Shown in pieces: positions 16,211 to 24,546 of a stretch of 32,000 bases of DNA. Source of the DNA: Candidatus Hadarchaeota archaeon (GTDB taxonomy: Archaea > Hadarchaeota > Hadarchaeia > Hadarchaeales > Hadarchaeaceae); NCBI GenBank assembly GCA_964514965.1, contig CAZETV010000002.1:60001-92000 (forward strand). The letters are read 5' to 3'. Both the position numbers and the translations under genes were made by a program. The notes under the pieces were generated by a model. It did no database searches. It was not told the origin of the DNA and worked only from the letters and a program-made list of their open reading frames with translations. Numbering within the stretch: the first letter of the stretch is position 1; the number at the start of each line of letters is the position of its first letter.

Positions 16211-18307
16211 CTATAGGTTAAATTCTTTCCTTATTTTTTTAACTTTTTCAAGACACTTCGGGGTGTTGTTAGCATCATATGCGAACTCTTCGTATCTCTT
16301 TAGCTCTTTTATCAGTATCTTCCTTTCCAATTCAAAAAAATCTGGTTCGAAAGAACGTTGCGAAGAGGGCAAAACAATAATGTCGTAGAGTGTGGCCTTG
16401 TCCTTTCCCGGAAAACGTCTTAAAAGCCTCCCTCTTCTTTGAATGAATTCTCTGGGATTACCCGAGCTCGAGAGCAATATGCCTGTTCTGGCGGGTGGAA
16501 CATCCACTCCTTCGTCTAAACATTTCATTGCAACTAAAATCTGATAATCGCCATCGGCAAATTTTCGGAGCAAAATTTCTCGTTGGGCAACGTTTTCGAC
16601 CGCTGTAAACTTGTGTTGTAAAATATCTCTGTCGTTTAAAATTCTTTGAACTCTCTTTATCTGTTTTGGCGAACAATAAACAAAGCAATGTCTGGCACCG
16701 CCACCGATCTTGTCTAATATTTTTTCAAAAACAACGTATTTGTTTTGAGCGTTTTTTACGGTCTCTTGACGTTTTATACATAACAAATTAAAAAGTTCCT
16801 TTCTCTCCTGGTTAGACTTGCATGCGTAATATTGTCGAGCAATTTTCTTAGTTTCAGATTGATAGAGGTAAAACTCTTCGTCAGTCATCTCGACGAAATA
16901 GGGTTCATATTCGTATGGTGTGAGATAAGTTTCTCCGGTTTTTGGATTTACAGTTGTGATGGCATCTTTTATAGAGAAAACTGATACTATATCTCCGAAA
17001 TACTCAAAAAGTTTTTTGCTTCCAGGTTCATCAAAATATCTTTTAGGTGTTGCACTTAACCCCAACCTGAATTCATATCGGTCTAACAAACCTTTTTGTC
17101 TCTCTGGTGCCCCGAGGGTATGAACTTCGTCGCCAATTAAAAATACTTTTGCGCTAGTTTCATTTATTATTTCAGTAAAATCATTACTAGAAATGGTATT
17201 TGGGGTAGTTAAAATTATTATTTTTTCACTAATGTCATTTTCTATGTCCCGCAAGTAGTCAACCAGTTTATTTTTCCAACCTGGATTGCTACTATCAGCG
17301 ATTACGATAAGCCAATGAATGTCAAATTTTATTATTTCATTTTCCCATTGTTTCAGCAAATGTTTGGTGGGTGAAGTAATGACAATGACAAGCTTTTTTT
17401 CTGATTCAGACATTTTCTTCAAACATCCCAACGCAGCAAACGTTTTCCCAGAACCTGTAGCCATTTCAAAAATCCCTTTCTTACCGTTTTCTAACCAATT
17501 AGCGATAGCACTCTCTTGATGAGTCCATAACTTGATTGCTTTTTTTCTTATCCATTCTTTCTTTATCAACCATTTGTCCAGATTCAAAACTTCAACATTG
17601 TCTGGAGCTATTTTAATAAGCTTTTCTTTTACGCCGGTGGGGACATCGATAACTTTTGTTCTTCTTGCCTGTCCATTCCAGAATTTTTCAAATTTTTTGA
17701 TATCTGTATCAAGATATTCTTTTTCAGTTTCTTTCCAACTACAAAATACTTTAAACTCTTCTATATGCCTCGTCCATCCATAAGCGCTTTCGTTATCAGA
17801 ACCGCTAAACGATATTCGGTTCCCTTCTACATCTTCTAATATACCGACCTTCTGATGAAACAATCCTTCTTTTTCGATAGATTCTTCATCAAGAGGTAGC
17901 CCGTCCTCATCATAAACGATTGCTATTTTAATTTCTAGTTTCTTTTTGGCAATCATCCACCCCAGTGCGCACACATGGTCTTCCACGAATTTATCTTCTA
18001 AATTTTCCAATTCTTCAAGCATCATTTTTTCTATCACTTTCTCAGGAGTTTCATGAGCTTCTCTAATAACTTCAACATCGGATTTTCGTAGTTTGGCGCT
18101 TGTAACTAAATACATGAATCCACCATTGGAAATCAATTTAGAAATTCCTCTCGCGGCAACAGCAAGAGCGCTTGAAGAGAAAAATCCAGCTAACCTTTTA
18201 TAAGTTACTGATTGGGATAATGCAAGTATGTAAAAGTCATTTAGAATATCGTCAATGTCGGAGTCGTAAGCTTTTTTTAGCTTTATACCCTTCAAGGTCA
18301 TGTTCAC
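16211..18307 (-). CDS. PLD-nuclease/SF2-helicase fusion, phosphorothioation-restriction-enzyme-like
   Basis: N-terminal PLD-like EGLFHQKVGILEDVEGNRISFSGSDNES. Helicase motifs: MATGSGKT, LIGDEVHTLGAPE, LGLSATPKR, FIQRRGRLLRR. Confidence 0.8.
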   Translation of the reverse strand: MNMTLKGIKLKKAYDSDIDDILNDFYILALSQSVTYKRLAGFFSSSALAVAARGISKLISNGGFMYLVTSAKLRKSDVEVIREAHETPEKVIEKMMLEELENLEDKFVEDHVCALGWMIAKKKLEIKIAIVYDEDGLPLDEESIEKEGLFHQKVGILEDVEGNRISFSGSDNESAYGWTRHIEEFKVFCSWKETEKEYLDTDIKKFEKFWNGQARRTKVIDVPTGVKEKLIKIAPDNVEVLNLDKWLIKKEWIRKKAIKLWTHQESAIANWLENGKKGIFEMATGSGKTFAALGCLKKMSESEKKLVIVITSPTKHLLKQWENEIIKFDIHWLIVIADSSNPGWKNKLVDYLRDIENDISEKIIILTTPNTISSNDFTEIINETSAKVFLIGDEVHTLGAPERQKGLLDRYEFRLGLSATPKRYFDEPGSKKLFEYFGDIVSVFSIKDAITTVNPKTGETYLTPYEYEPYFVEMTDEEFYLYQSETKKIARQYYACKSNQERKELFNLLCIKRQETVKNAQNKYVVFEKILDKIGGGARHCFVYCSPKQIKRVQRILNDRDILQHKFTAVENVAQREILLRKFADGDYQILVAMKCLDEGVDVPPARTGILLSSSGNPREFIQRRGRLLRRFPGKDKATLYDIIVLPSSQRSFEPDFFELERKILIKELKRYEEFAYDANNTPKCLEKVKKIRKEFNL

Positions 18308-18521
18308 GCCTCCAATTAAACTAACGACCCACTTTAATTACTTTTTTAGTCATTTAACTCTATTTATCTTCCTAATTCCATCCCAAGTAGTCCGCCTCGG
18401 TCTCGAAAACTCCTCAAAATTAGGACAAAGCCGACCCCGTTTTCTTGGCTACCAAGATTAAAAAACCAAATATTGCTATCGGCTGCCCTAGCGGTGCTTC
18501 TTCACCGGGTAGATCTCCTAC

Positions 18522-19565
18522 CTAAATCTTCCGCTGGGGAATCAGCCGAGAGTAAAATTCCCTCGGCCTCAGCTCCTTAAATTCCCCGGTTCGCTGGGCT
18601 ATGTGCTTCCGGATATCCACGCACAGGTGGCATTTCGAGATGTACCCGTCTGGAGCCTCCTCGTAATCGAATTCCTCGACGGCGAACCTGTACAGTTCTC
18701 CCATCCCCGTCACGAGGGCGCTGAGGATCGGGCGGTCATCCAGCCTCACCCCCTCGCAGATCGATTCCAGGTCCCTCGCATCTCCGAGCGAAAGCCCCCC
18801 GCAGTAGCCGGTGATGTAGTTGAAGTAATTGTCGATGTGGAAGTGCCAGCCCCTCGTCAGCTCGGCCGCACACGAGTCCCCGAAAAATACCTTCGCCGGG
18901 TATTTACGGTACAGGTGCCCGAGCTCGTAGGGCGCCCTTCCCATCGGGAGCAGTTCCAGCCTCAGCGCGTCTTGGCCCGCAAGCTTGAGGGTTTCTTCGA
19001 GTGACAAAGTGCCGCTTACCCCCAGCCCCCTCATCAGCTCGTAGAAGCCCTCCTGATAGACCAGCACGTTCGACCCGAATACCTCCCTGCTCACCTCGAT
19101 CGCCGTTGCCGCACGCTTGAGGGGGACGTGCTCCAGGATGAAGGGGTTGACGCTTATCAGGATCCCGTCCAGCCCGGCATCCCTGAGCTTGGAGAGTTTT
19201 TCCTTGCAAACTCGACGGCTGGTGCACCAGAAGCAATTAGTCTCGACGAAGGTCGCCGGAATCTCGAGCGCCTCGGCAACCTTGGTGAGCTCGAGTAAGA
19301 GGTCGAAGTTCATGAAGGGTTCGCCGCCCGTGAAGTGAAGCCCGTAGTTTATCCCAACGGTCTTGAAGCCGGGCGGATATTGCACCCGAAACCTTCCTGA
19401 TAGCTCGGTCAGGACCTTTTCGGCATCTCCCAGATCGATCCAATCTGCATCCCAGCGCGGGGAGCAAGCATACATGCAGTGCTTGCATTCGCCCGTGCAT
19501 TTGTACGTGAGGAACAAGCCTCCCGAGAAAGGTTCTTCCACTTTTAAAATCGTCATACAAATCAC
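18522..19565 (-). CDS. Radical SAM protein with additional C-terminal cysteines
   Basis: LTYKCTGECKHCMYAC (CxxxCxxC), NYGLHFTGGEPFMNFDLL, C-terminal cysteines including YISKCHLCVDIRKHI. Confidence 0.8.
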   Translation of the reverse strand: MICMTILKVEEPFSGGLFLTYKCTGECKHCMYACSPRWDADWIDLGDAEKVLTELSGRFRVQYPPGFKTVGINYGLHFTGGEPFMNFDLLLELTKVAEALEIPATFVETNCFWCTSRRVCKEKLSKLRDAGLDGILISVNPFILEHVPLKRAATAIEVSREVFGSNVLVYQEGFYELMRGLGVSGTLSLEETLKLAGQDALRLELLPMGRAPYELGHLYRKYPAKVFFGDSCAAELTRGWHFHIDNYFNYITGYCGGLSLGDARDLESICEGVRLDDRPILSALVTGMGELYRFAVEEFDYEEAPDGYISKCHLCVDIRKHIAQRTGEFKELRPREFYSRLIPQRKI

Positions 19566-19717
19566 TCCAAGGAGACTCCCGCTTTAGCTGGGGTAGGAAT
19601 TGAGGTTAAATTTTTTCGTTGGTCTTCGAGCGAGTAGCGTGAAAGTGCCCGAAAATCAGGCCAGCGAGGAGAGCTGGTCGTATTGCAACCCCTTTAGAAG
19701 GTTTTACTTCCGACGCC

Positions 19718-20287
19718 TCACTTGATGTTGACCTTTTCGCCCGGTTTCTCCTCCTCAAGCCTCCGCAGCGTTACCTCGAGCACCCCGTTCTGATAGCTCG
19801 CGTCCACGCTCTTGGGGTCCACCCTCGCCAGAAGCTCGACCTCCTTGAAGTACTTGCGCTCCTTGGTGTCAACGGAAATGGTCAGCTTGTCCTCTTTCAC
19901 CCGCAAATCGATGTCCTCCTTGGTGACGCCAGGAATCTCGGCTATCACCCGAATGATGTAGGGGGTCGGGACCACTTCGATTATCGGCTCCCTGCGCTCG
20001 GTGGGCCTCGGGAGGGGAACGCCCGGCTTGAGGTTGCCGAAGGTTCGGACCTTTGGCTTGCCGTCGGGCCCTATGGTCATGGAATATCCGTAGACCAGCG
20101 GCCCCAGAGTCCTGACCGTAGTGCCGTCCGGAAACTTTCGCTCGCGGTAAAGCTCCTTGGGCATCCGCTTCGAGAAGTTCTCAAACATCTCCCCGAACGT
20201 CCGGTCCATTTCTCGGAAGAAACGCGCGAAAGGGCGGCGTCCAAACCATTCCTCAAACTCGTCCCAAAATGCCATCCCTTTTTCCAC
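19718..20287 (-). CDS. Hsp20/alpha-crystallin family small heat shock protein
   Basis: YIIRVIAEIPGVTKEDIDLRVKEDKLTISVDTKERKYFKEVELLARVDPKSVDASYQNGVLEVTLRR. Confidence 0.92.
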   Translation of the reverse strand: MEKGMAFWDEFEEWFGRRPFARFFREMDRTFGEMFENFSKRMPKELYRERKFPDGTTVRTLGPLVYGYSMTIGPDGKPKVRTFGNLKPGVPLPRPTERREPIIEVVPTPYIIRVIAEIPGVTKEDIDLRVKEDKLTISVDTKERKYFKEVELLARVDPKSVDASYQNGVLEVTLRRLEEEKPGEKVNIK

Positions 20288-20388
20288 CTTGATTATAATT
20301 TGGAATGATTTGCTAAAAAATTTTTCTCTCAGAATCTCGTGCTCAATTTTTAGGTTTGGTGTGAAAGATACAGTTGAGAGGCGGATTC

Positions 20389-20910
20389 GTGCTTGAAGAA
20401 TGGAACGTGCTGGTGGTCTCCCACGAGGGCGAGGAGCGGCGCTTGCGCAGGGACTTGCGGGAATTGGGAGAGTTCAAGTTCACGAGATTCAGAAGTCTGC
20501 TGCTCGGAAAAGTCGATCTCCATGCGTTTCTCGAAGAGGTTCAAGCCAAGTCCATCCCTTCGCTGGCGAGGGTCGTCCCTGTCGAGGAGAACTTCCGCGC
20601 GCAGCCTGAGGATTTGCTCGAAATCCTGAAAGACAAGGTAAAGAAATACTCGGGGCGAATCGGGCAGGGCGAAAGCTTTTGCGTGAGGTTCGAGCGCAGA
20701 GGTTTCAAAGGTCGGATTTCGAGTCTGGAGGTCGAGGAAGAAATCGGAGGGTACTTGCATGACCTGCTCGAGAAGGAAGGGAAAAGCCCCAGAGTCAGCC
20801 TAGAAGACCCGGACAAGTTGCTCGTAATCCAATCGGTCGGAACCTCGTTTGGCATAGGGCTCATAGACCGCGAAAACAGGCAGAGATATCCGATCATTCG
20901 GGTGAAGTGA
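20389..20910 (+). CDS. THUMP-domain RNA-binding protein (Tan1-like)
   Basis: EEWNVLVVSHEGEERRLRRDLRELGEFKFTRFRSLLLGKVD and ISSLEVEEEIGGYLHDLLEKEGKSPRVSLEDPDKLLVIQSVGTSFGIGLIDRE. GTG start proposed; the listed ORF begins at 20374. Confidence 0.7.
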   Translation: MLEEWNVLVVSHEGEERRLRRDLRELGEFKFTRFRSLLLGKVDLHAFLEEVQAKSIPSLARVVPVEENFRAQPEDLLEILKDKVKKYSGRIGQGESFCVRFERRGFKGRISSLEVEEEIGGYLHDLLEKEGKSPRVSLEDPDKLLVIQSVGTSFGIGLIDRENRQRYPIIRVK

Positions 20911-20985
20911 ATGTCTGTTTTTGCTCCCCCTCCAAATCCAAATTTTAATACCACTAACCTCAAATCGCTAGAATGAGGTGATGGA

Positions 20986-21495
20986 ATGGAAGTTCTCGAA
21001 GCCATCCGCACGAGGCGAAGCATTAGAAACTACGAAAGGCGACCGGTTCCCGAGGAGTCCGTTAGAAAGATCTTGGAGGCTGGCAGGTGGGCACCTTCTG
21101 CAGACAACTCCCAGCCTTGGAGTTTCATCGTGCTCAGGGACGAAGGGGTTCGTAGAGAGGTATCAAGAGCAACCACCTACGGGAGGTTCCTCGCCGACGC
21201 TCCGCTTGGCATCGCGGTCGTCATAGACCCGGCAGCGTCTACACATCCGGTGGAGGATGGGGCAATCGCAACCCAAAATATGATTCTAGCCGCTCACGCC
21301 CTCGGACTTGGTACGTGTTGGATCGGGTCGTACGGGTCCACCCACGAGAAACGGGTGAAGGAGATACTGGGCATCCCCAAGGATAAACGATTGCTTTCAA
21401 TAATATCTGTGGGTTTCCCAGCTGAATCCCGAAAATCTACACGTAGGGAGCTGGGAGAACTGACATTCACCGACAGATATGGGAAAAGTGACTGA
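20986..21495 (+). CDS. Nitroreductase family protein
   Basis: MEVLEAIRTRRSIRNYERRPVPEESVRKILEAGRWAPSADNSQPWSFIVL and AAHALGLGTCWIGSYG. Confidence 0.9.
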   Translation: MEVLEAIRTRRSIRNYERRPVPEESVRKILEAGRWAPSADNSQPWSFIVLRDEGVRREVSRATTYGRFLADAPLGIAVVIDPAASTHPVEDGAIATQNMILAAHALGLGTCWIGSYGSTHEKRVKEILGIPKDKRLLSIISVGFPAESRKSTRRELGELTFTDRYGKSD

Positions 21496-21505
21496 GGGTT
21501 GATGG

Positions 21506-21976
21506 TTGAGGCTTTATTTGGTTCAGCACGCCGAAGCCAAACCTCAAGCGGATGACCCGGCGCGCCCGCTCTCCGAGAAAGGCCAAGCAGACATCCAGAA
21601 GGTGGCGAATTTCATCAAGGCGAAAGGAATCGAGGTATCCAAAATATTCCACAGCGGAAAACTCCGGGCCAAGCAAACCGCTGAAGCCCTGGCCGAAAGC
21701 ATCTCATCAACGGGAGGAGTCGAGCAGGCTGAAGGTCTAGCACCGCTCGACGACCCGGGCATCTGGGCGAACAGGCTGAAGGAAGAGCTCGAAGATCTGG
21801 TGCTCGTTGGCCACCTCCCCTATCTGAGCAAGCTCGCTGGTCTTCTGCTAGCGGGCGACCCTGAGCGAAAGGTCGTGAAATTTAGGAATGGTGGGGTAGT
21901 CTGCTTGGAGCGGGACGAGGACGGGAACTGGTCCGTGGGGTGGGTCCTGACTCCGGAGCTCTTAGCAACCAAATGA
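21506..21976 (+). CDS. SixA-like phosphohistidine phosphatase / histidine phosphatase family
   Basis: LYLVQHAEAKPQADDPARPLSEKGQADIQKVA, FHSGKLRAKQTAEAL and LVLVGHLPYLSKLAGLLL. TTG start. Confidence 0.85.
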   Translation: MRLYLVQHAEAKPQADDPARPLSEKGQADIQKVANFIKAKGIEVSKIFHSGKLRAKQTAEALAESISSTGGVEQAEGLAPLDDPGIWANRLKEELEDLVLVGHLPYLSKLAGLLLAGDPERKVVKFRNGGVVCLERDEDGNWSVGWVLTPELLATK

Positions 21977-22056
21977 AAACTGCTCCGAACTTGAACTCCC
22001 ACAGGCTACTGCTCCAATTTAAATGATATCCCCACCACTTTGTAACGGGAAATCTC

Positions 22057-22698
22057 ATGCACGAAAACATCAGGCTCGGAGTGACCCGCCTCCAATCGGC
22101 TCTCGACTGCCCCCTCTGCTTCTGGCTCTCTCGGCGTATTGGCTCGCCTCCCTCCATCTTCGCCGGCATCCCCGCCCAGATTGACTCCGTGATCAAAAAT
22201 TACATGAAGCAATTCATCGGGAACTCGGATTTGCCTGAGTGGTTCCCCGTGCGCGGCACCTTCATGGACGCCAGCCAGACCCTGAGAGCAACCGACCCGA
22301 CCACCTGCATCACCGTGGTGGGAAAGCTCGATGCTTTGGTGAAGACGGCAGACGAAGAATATCACATCATCGACTACAAAACTGGCAGGCCCCCCAAGGA
22401 GGTTCCAAATTACTACCAAATGCAGCTCGACGGCTACGCCTACCTCCTCGAGCAAAACGATTTCCGGCCCGTGGTGGGCGGCACGTTGCTTTACTTCACG
22501 CCCGAGCATGGGGACCTCTCGGAGGGGCGCTTCCCGTTCAAAATCACCGCTGTGCGGGCCGAGGTTGACCCGGGCCGCATCCCGCCCGTTCTCGCGCTGG
22601 CCAGGGAAATCCTCGACTTGCAGACCCCGCCGCCCAGAAGCGAGGACTGCGAGATGTGCATGTGGCGGGAGCAGGTCGAGCACACTCTATCAGAATGA
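22057..22698 (+). CDS. PD-(D/E)XK nuclease, Cas4/RecB-like, with candidate Fe-S cysteines
   Basis: Nuclease motifs VVGKLDALV...HIIDYKTGRPP and YYQMQLDGYAYLLEQN. Cysteines LDCPLCFWL at the N-terminus and SEDCEMCMW at the C-terminus. Confidence 0.75.
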   Translation: MHENIRLGVTRLQSALDCPLCFWLSRRIGSPPSIFAGIPAQIDSVIKNYMKQFIGNSDLPEWFPVRGTFMDASQTLRATDPTTCITVVGKLDALVKTADEEYHIIDYKTGRPPKEVPNYYQMQLDGYAYLLEQNDFRPVVGGTLLYFTPEHGDLSEGRFPFKITAVRAEVDPGRIPPVLALAREILDLQTPPPRSEDCEMCMWREQVEHTLSE

Positions 22699-22751
22699 GA
22701 ACACCCGAACGATTTTTGACTTCTCACGAGATTTTGTTGGCCAAAGACAGC

Positions 22752-23576
22752 CTAGAAAGGTGCGAATACGCCCATAAACACGAACCACGCCAAAATTGTT
22801 TTTGCGGCTAAACTGAGAATAACGTAAAATCGTTCGCCATAGAGGTAATCTCTCCAACGTCCGACACCTTTGTACTGTAAGACCATGTTGATCGCGAAGA
22901 TATTGAACAGAATGAAATAGATGAAAGGGATGAAGTATACGAATGTTGGAATTTCTCCTCCCACAGAGTTAACAGCAGCAACGAAATAGGCGAAAATCAC
23001 GACCCATGGAACCCAACCTGAAATCGTCCCCAAGATAAATGGCGACCAATTAGTCTTTTTTGTTTTCTGATTGAGAATTTCCATCAAATACCCGAACATT
23101 ATCATCATCGCGTTTAAGACGAAAATCATGATCAACGACCAAAAATCCCAGACACCCACCAACAGTGCAATCAGTAATATCATTATTGAGCTTGAGAAGG
23201 CGTACTCGTACCAGCGGTAAGGATTCATCCCTTTTTTCAAATTTTCATTGTAACGGTTATTTACCAGATACGAAATCGAAAAGTGCGCTATGGCAGAAAT
23301 TAGGAGGAAGGAAGCGAGAATCGCCCCCAAATATTCGAAAGTAAACAAAATTTGAGGATTCGGTACCACCTCGAATAGGATTGGTTCCGTAGTAATTATT
23401 TTTATATCAAGATAGAACGTGTATACATTTCTCGAAAACGTCAGAAGAAGACCCAACAGCAACATTGCTATCCCCTGAACTAAATGCAAAGAACCTGCGA
23501 TGGTGTTGAAGCGTTTCAGATAGGTAAAAGTTATAGGTGAGCTGGCGATTATTTTCTGCCTTTCTTTATAATCCAT
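22752..23576 (-). CDS. Heliorhodopsin
   Basis: YLKRFNTIAGSLHLVQG, YRWYEYAFSSSIMILLIA, LNAMMIMFGYLME, WVPWVVIFAY and QYKGVGRWRDYLYGERFYVILSLAAKTILAWFVFMG, with the Schiff-base Lys context SLxAKxxLAW. The listed ORF start at 23606 is TTG; ATG at 23588 or 23576 is likelier. Confidence 0.88.
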   Translation of the reverse strand: MDYKERQKIIASSPITFTYLKRFNTIAGSLHLVQGIAMLLLGLLLTFSRNVYTFYLDIKIITTEPILFEVVPNPQILFTFEYLGAILASFLLISAIAHFSISYLVNNRYNENLKKGMNPYRWYEYAFSSSIMILLIALLVGVWDFWSLIMIFVLNAMMIMFGYLMEILNQKTKKTNWSPFILGTISGWVPWVVIFAYFVAAVNSVGGEIPTFVYFIPFIYFILFNIFAINMVLQYKGVGRWRDYLYGERFYVILSLAAKTILAWFVFMGVFAPF

Positions 23577-23610
23577 TGGTGCCCCCATAGTACTAAATAT
23601 GTCCAAAATA

Positions 23611-23632
23611 CTAAATAAATCTTCTTATTTAG
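23611..23632. promoter_or_regulatory. Perfect inverted repeat upstream of the heliorhodopsin gene
   Basis: CTAAATAA-ATCTTC-TTATTTAG, 8-bp arms with a 6-nt spacer. Confidence 0.35.
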
Positions 23633-23771
23633 AACCAAATAATTTAAATTGGTGCAAAATACTGCAAAATTATCGCGATAAGTGCCCGATTTAGAGTGAT
23701 AATTGATTTGATTCTAAACCTAGTGCAAAAACTAGCCATTTACATTGACCCGCTGTTGAAAAATTAAATAA

Positions 23772-24476
23772 TTACGAAATCAGCGGAATTATCTCGTTTG
23801 TCACGTAATCCAGAAATTCATTCAGCTCAGCCCGGCTGAACATCGTCACCACGCAATCCCGGGTGATACCCACGACCAAGCCACGCTTTTGCAGTTCAAG
23901 AACCGTGTACCAAATCTTTCCGTGTTCAAGATAATCGCGGTAGAGCTTGGTGTCCGCGAGCGCTGATCCTGCGAGCGCTAGTTTCCCTACACTTGGGATA
24001 TCAACTTCGTCGAACCAGATGAGCTTCGTGGCGCGGGGGTTTGATTCGTGAAGCTCCTTTAAAGTTTCATGGGTAATCTTTGTCTCAACTATCCCCCCCG
24101 TCTTGATGAAAAGAATCTCGCTGAGTTTGTTCGCCACGTAGTTCGTCAGCAGCTTCTTCACCCCCCTAGCTTTTGAAGGCGCGAGCACGACAAGGAAAGT
24201 CCGATCTTTAAATCGCTTGATCCAGAAGGGGGTTTCTTCCGTGACCGGAGTTTCAACCAGTCCGCGCTTGTAATAACGGCTGAGCACGAAGTCCTTGCTA
24301 AAAATTCCCGCCAGCAAGTCGGCCTCTATCTTCAAATCCAAAATTTCCATCGCCAGTTTGAGCTGCTGCCCCTTTTGCTCGTACGGTACTTCTTCCCGGA
24401 AGTCCTTGAGCTTCTGGGCTATCAGCGCCAGCTCGATTGGCTCCTTGAGCTCGAATATCTTTGCGGCGAGGACCAT
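23772..24476 (-). CDS. Hypothetical protein (234 aa)
   Basis: Good-quality ORF in AT/GC-mixed sequence, mixed alpha/beta character, no TM; no family recognised. Confidence 0.6.
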   Translation of the reverse strand: MVLAAKIFELKEPIELALIAQKLKDFREEVPYEQKGQQLKLAMEILDLKIEADLLAGIFSKDFVLSRYYKRGLVETPVTEETPFWIKRFKDRTFLVVLAPSKARGVKKLLTNYVANKLSEILFIKTGGIVETKITHETLKELHESNPRATKLIWFDEVDIPSVGKLALAGSALADTKLYRDYLEHGKIWYTVLELQKRGLVVGITRDCVVTMFSRAELNEFLDYVTNEIIPLIS

Positions 24477-24546
24477 ATGTCACCCTAAAGACTTAAACAC
24501 TGTGAGGGTTTAAAATTGAGGACGTATAAAATTTAAACTGGTACTT

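Larger units (their letters stand above)
12330..18360. other. AT-rich genomic island (candidate defence island)
   Basis: Base composition and codon usage shift from GC-rich flanks to AT-rich sequence from about 12.33 kb to about 18.36 kb, covering all genes listed here. Boundaries are approximate. Confidence 0.55.

Noticed and set aside
12330-18360. Possible provirus or integrative element
   Set aside because: No capsid, terminase, integrase, recombinase or replication gene seen, and no obvious attachment-site repeats by eye. Kept only as a compositional island.
22006-22683. 225-aa ORF on the minus strand opposite the Cas4-like nuclease
   Set aside because: Low-complexity, His/Arg/Gly-rich translation without domain signals. 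It is a shadow of the clear PD-(D/E)XK gene in GC-rich sequence.
22057-22698. CRISPR-Cas locus suggested by the Cas4-like protein
   Set aside because: No repeat-spacer array and no other cas gene anywhere in the window.
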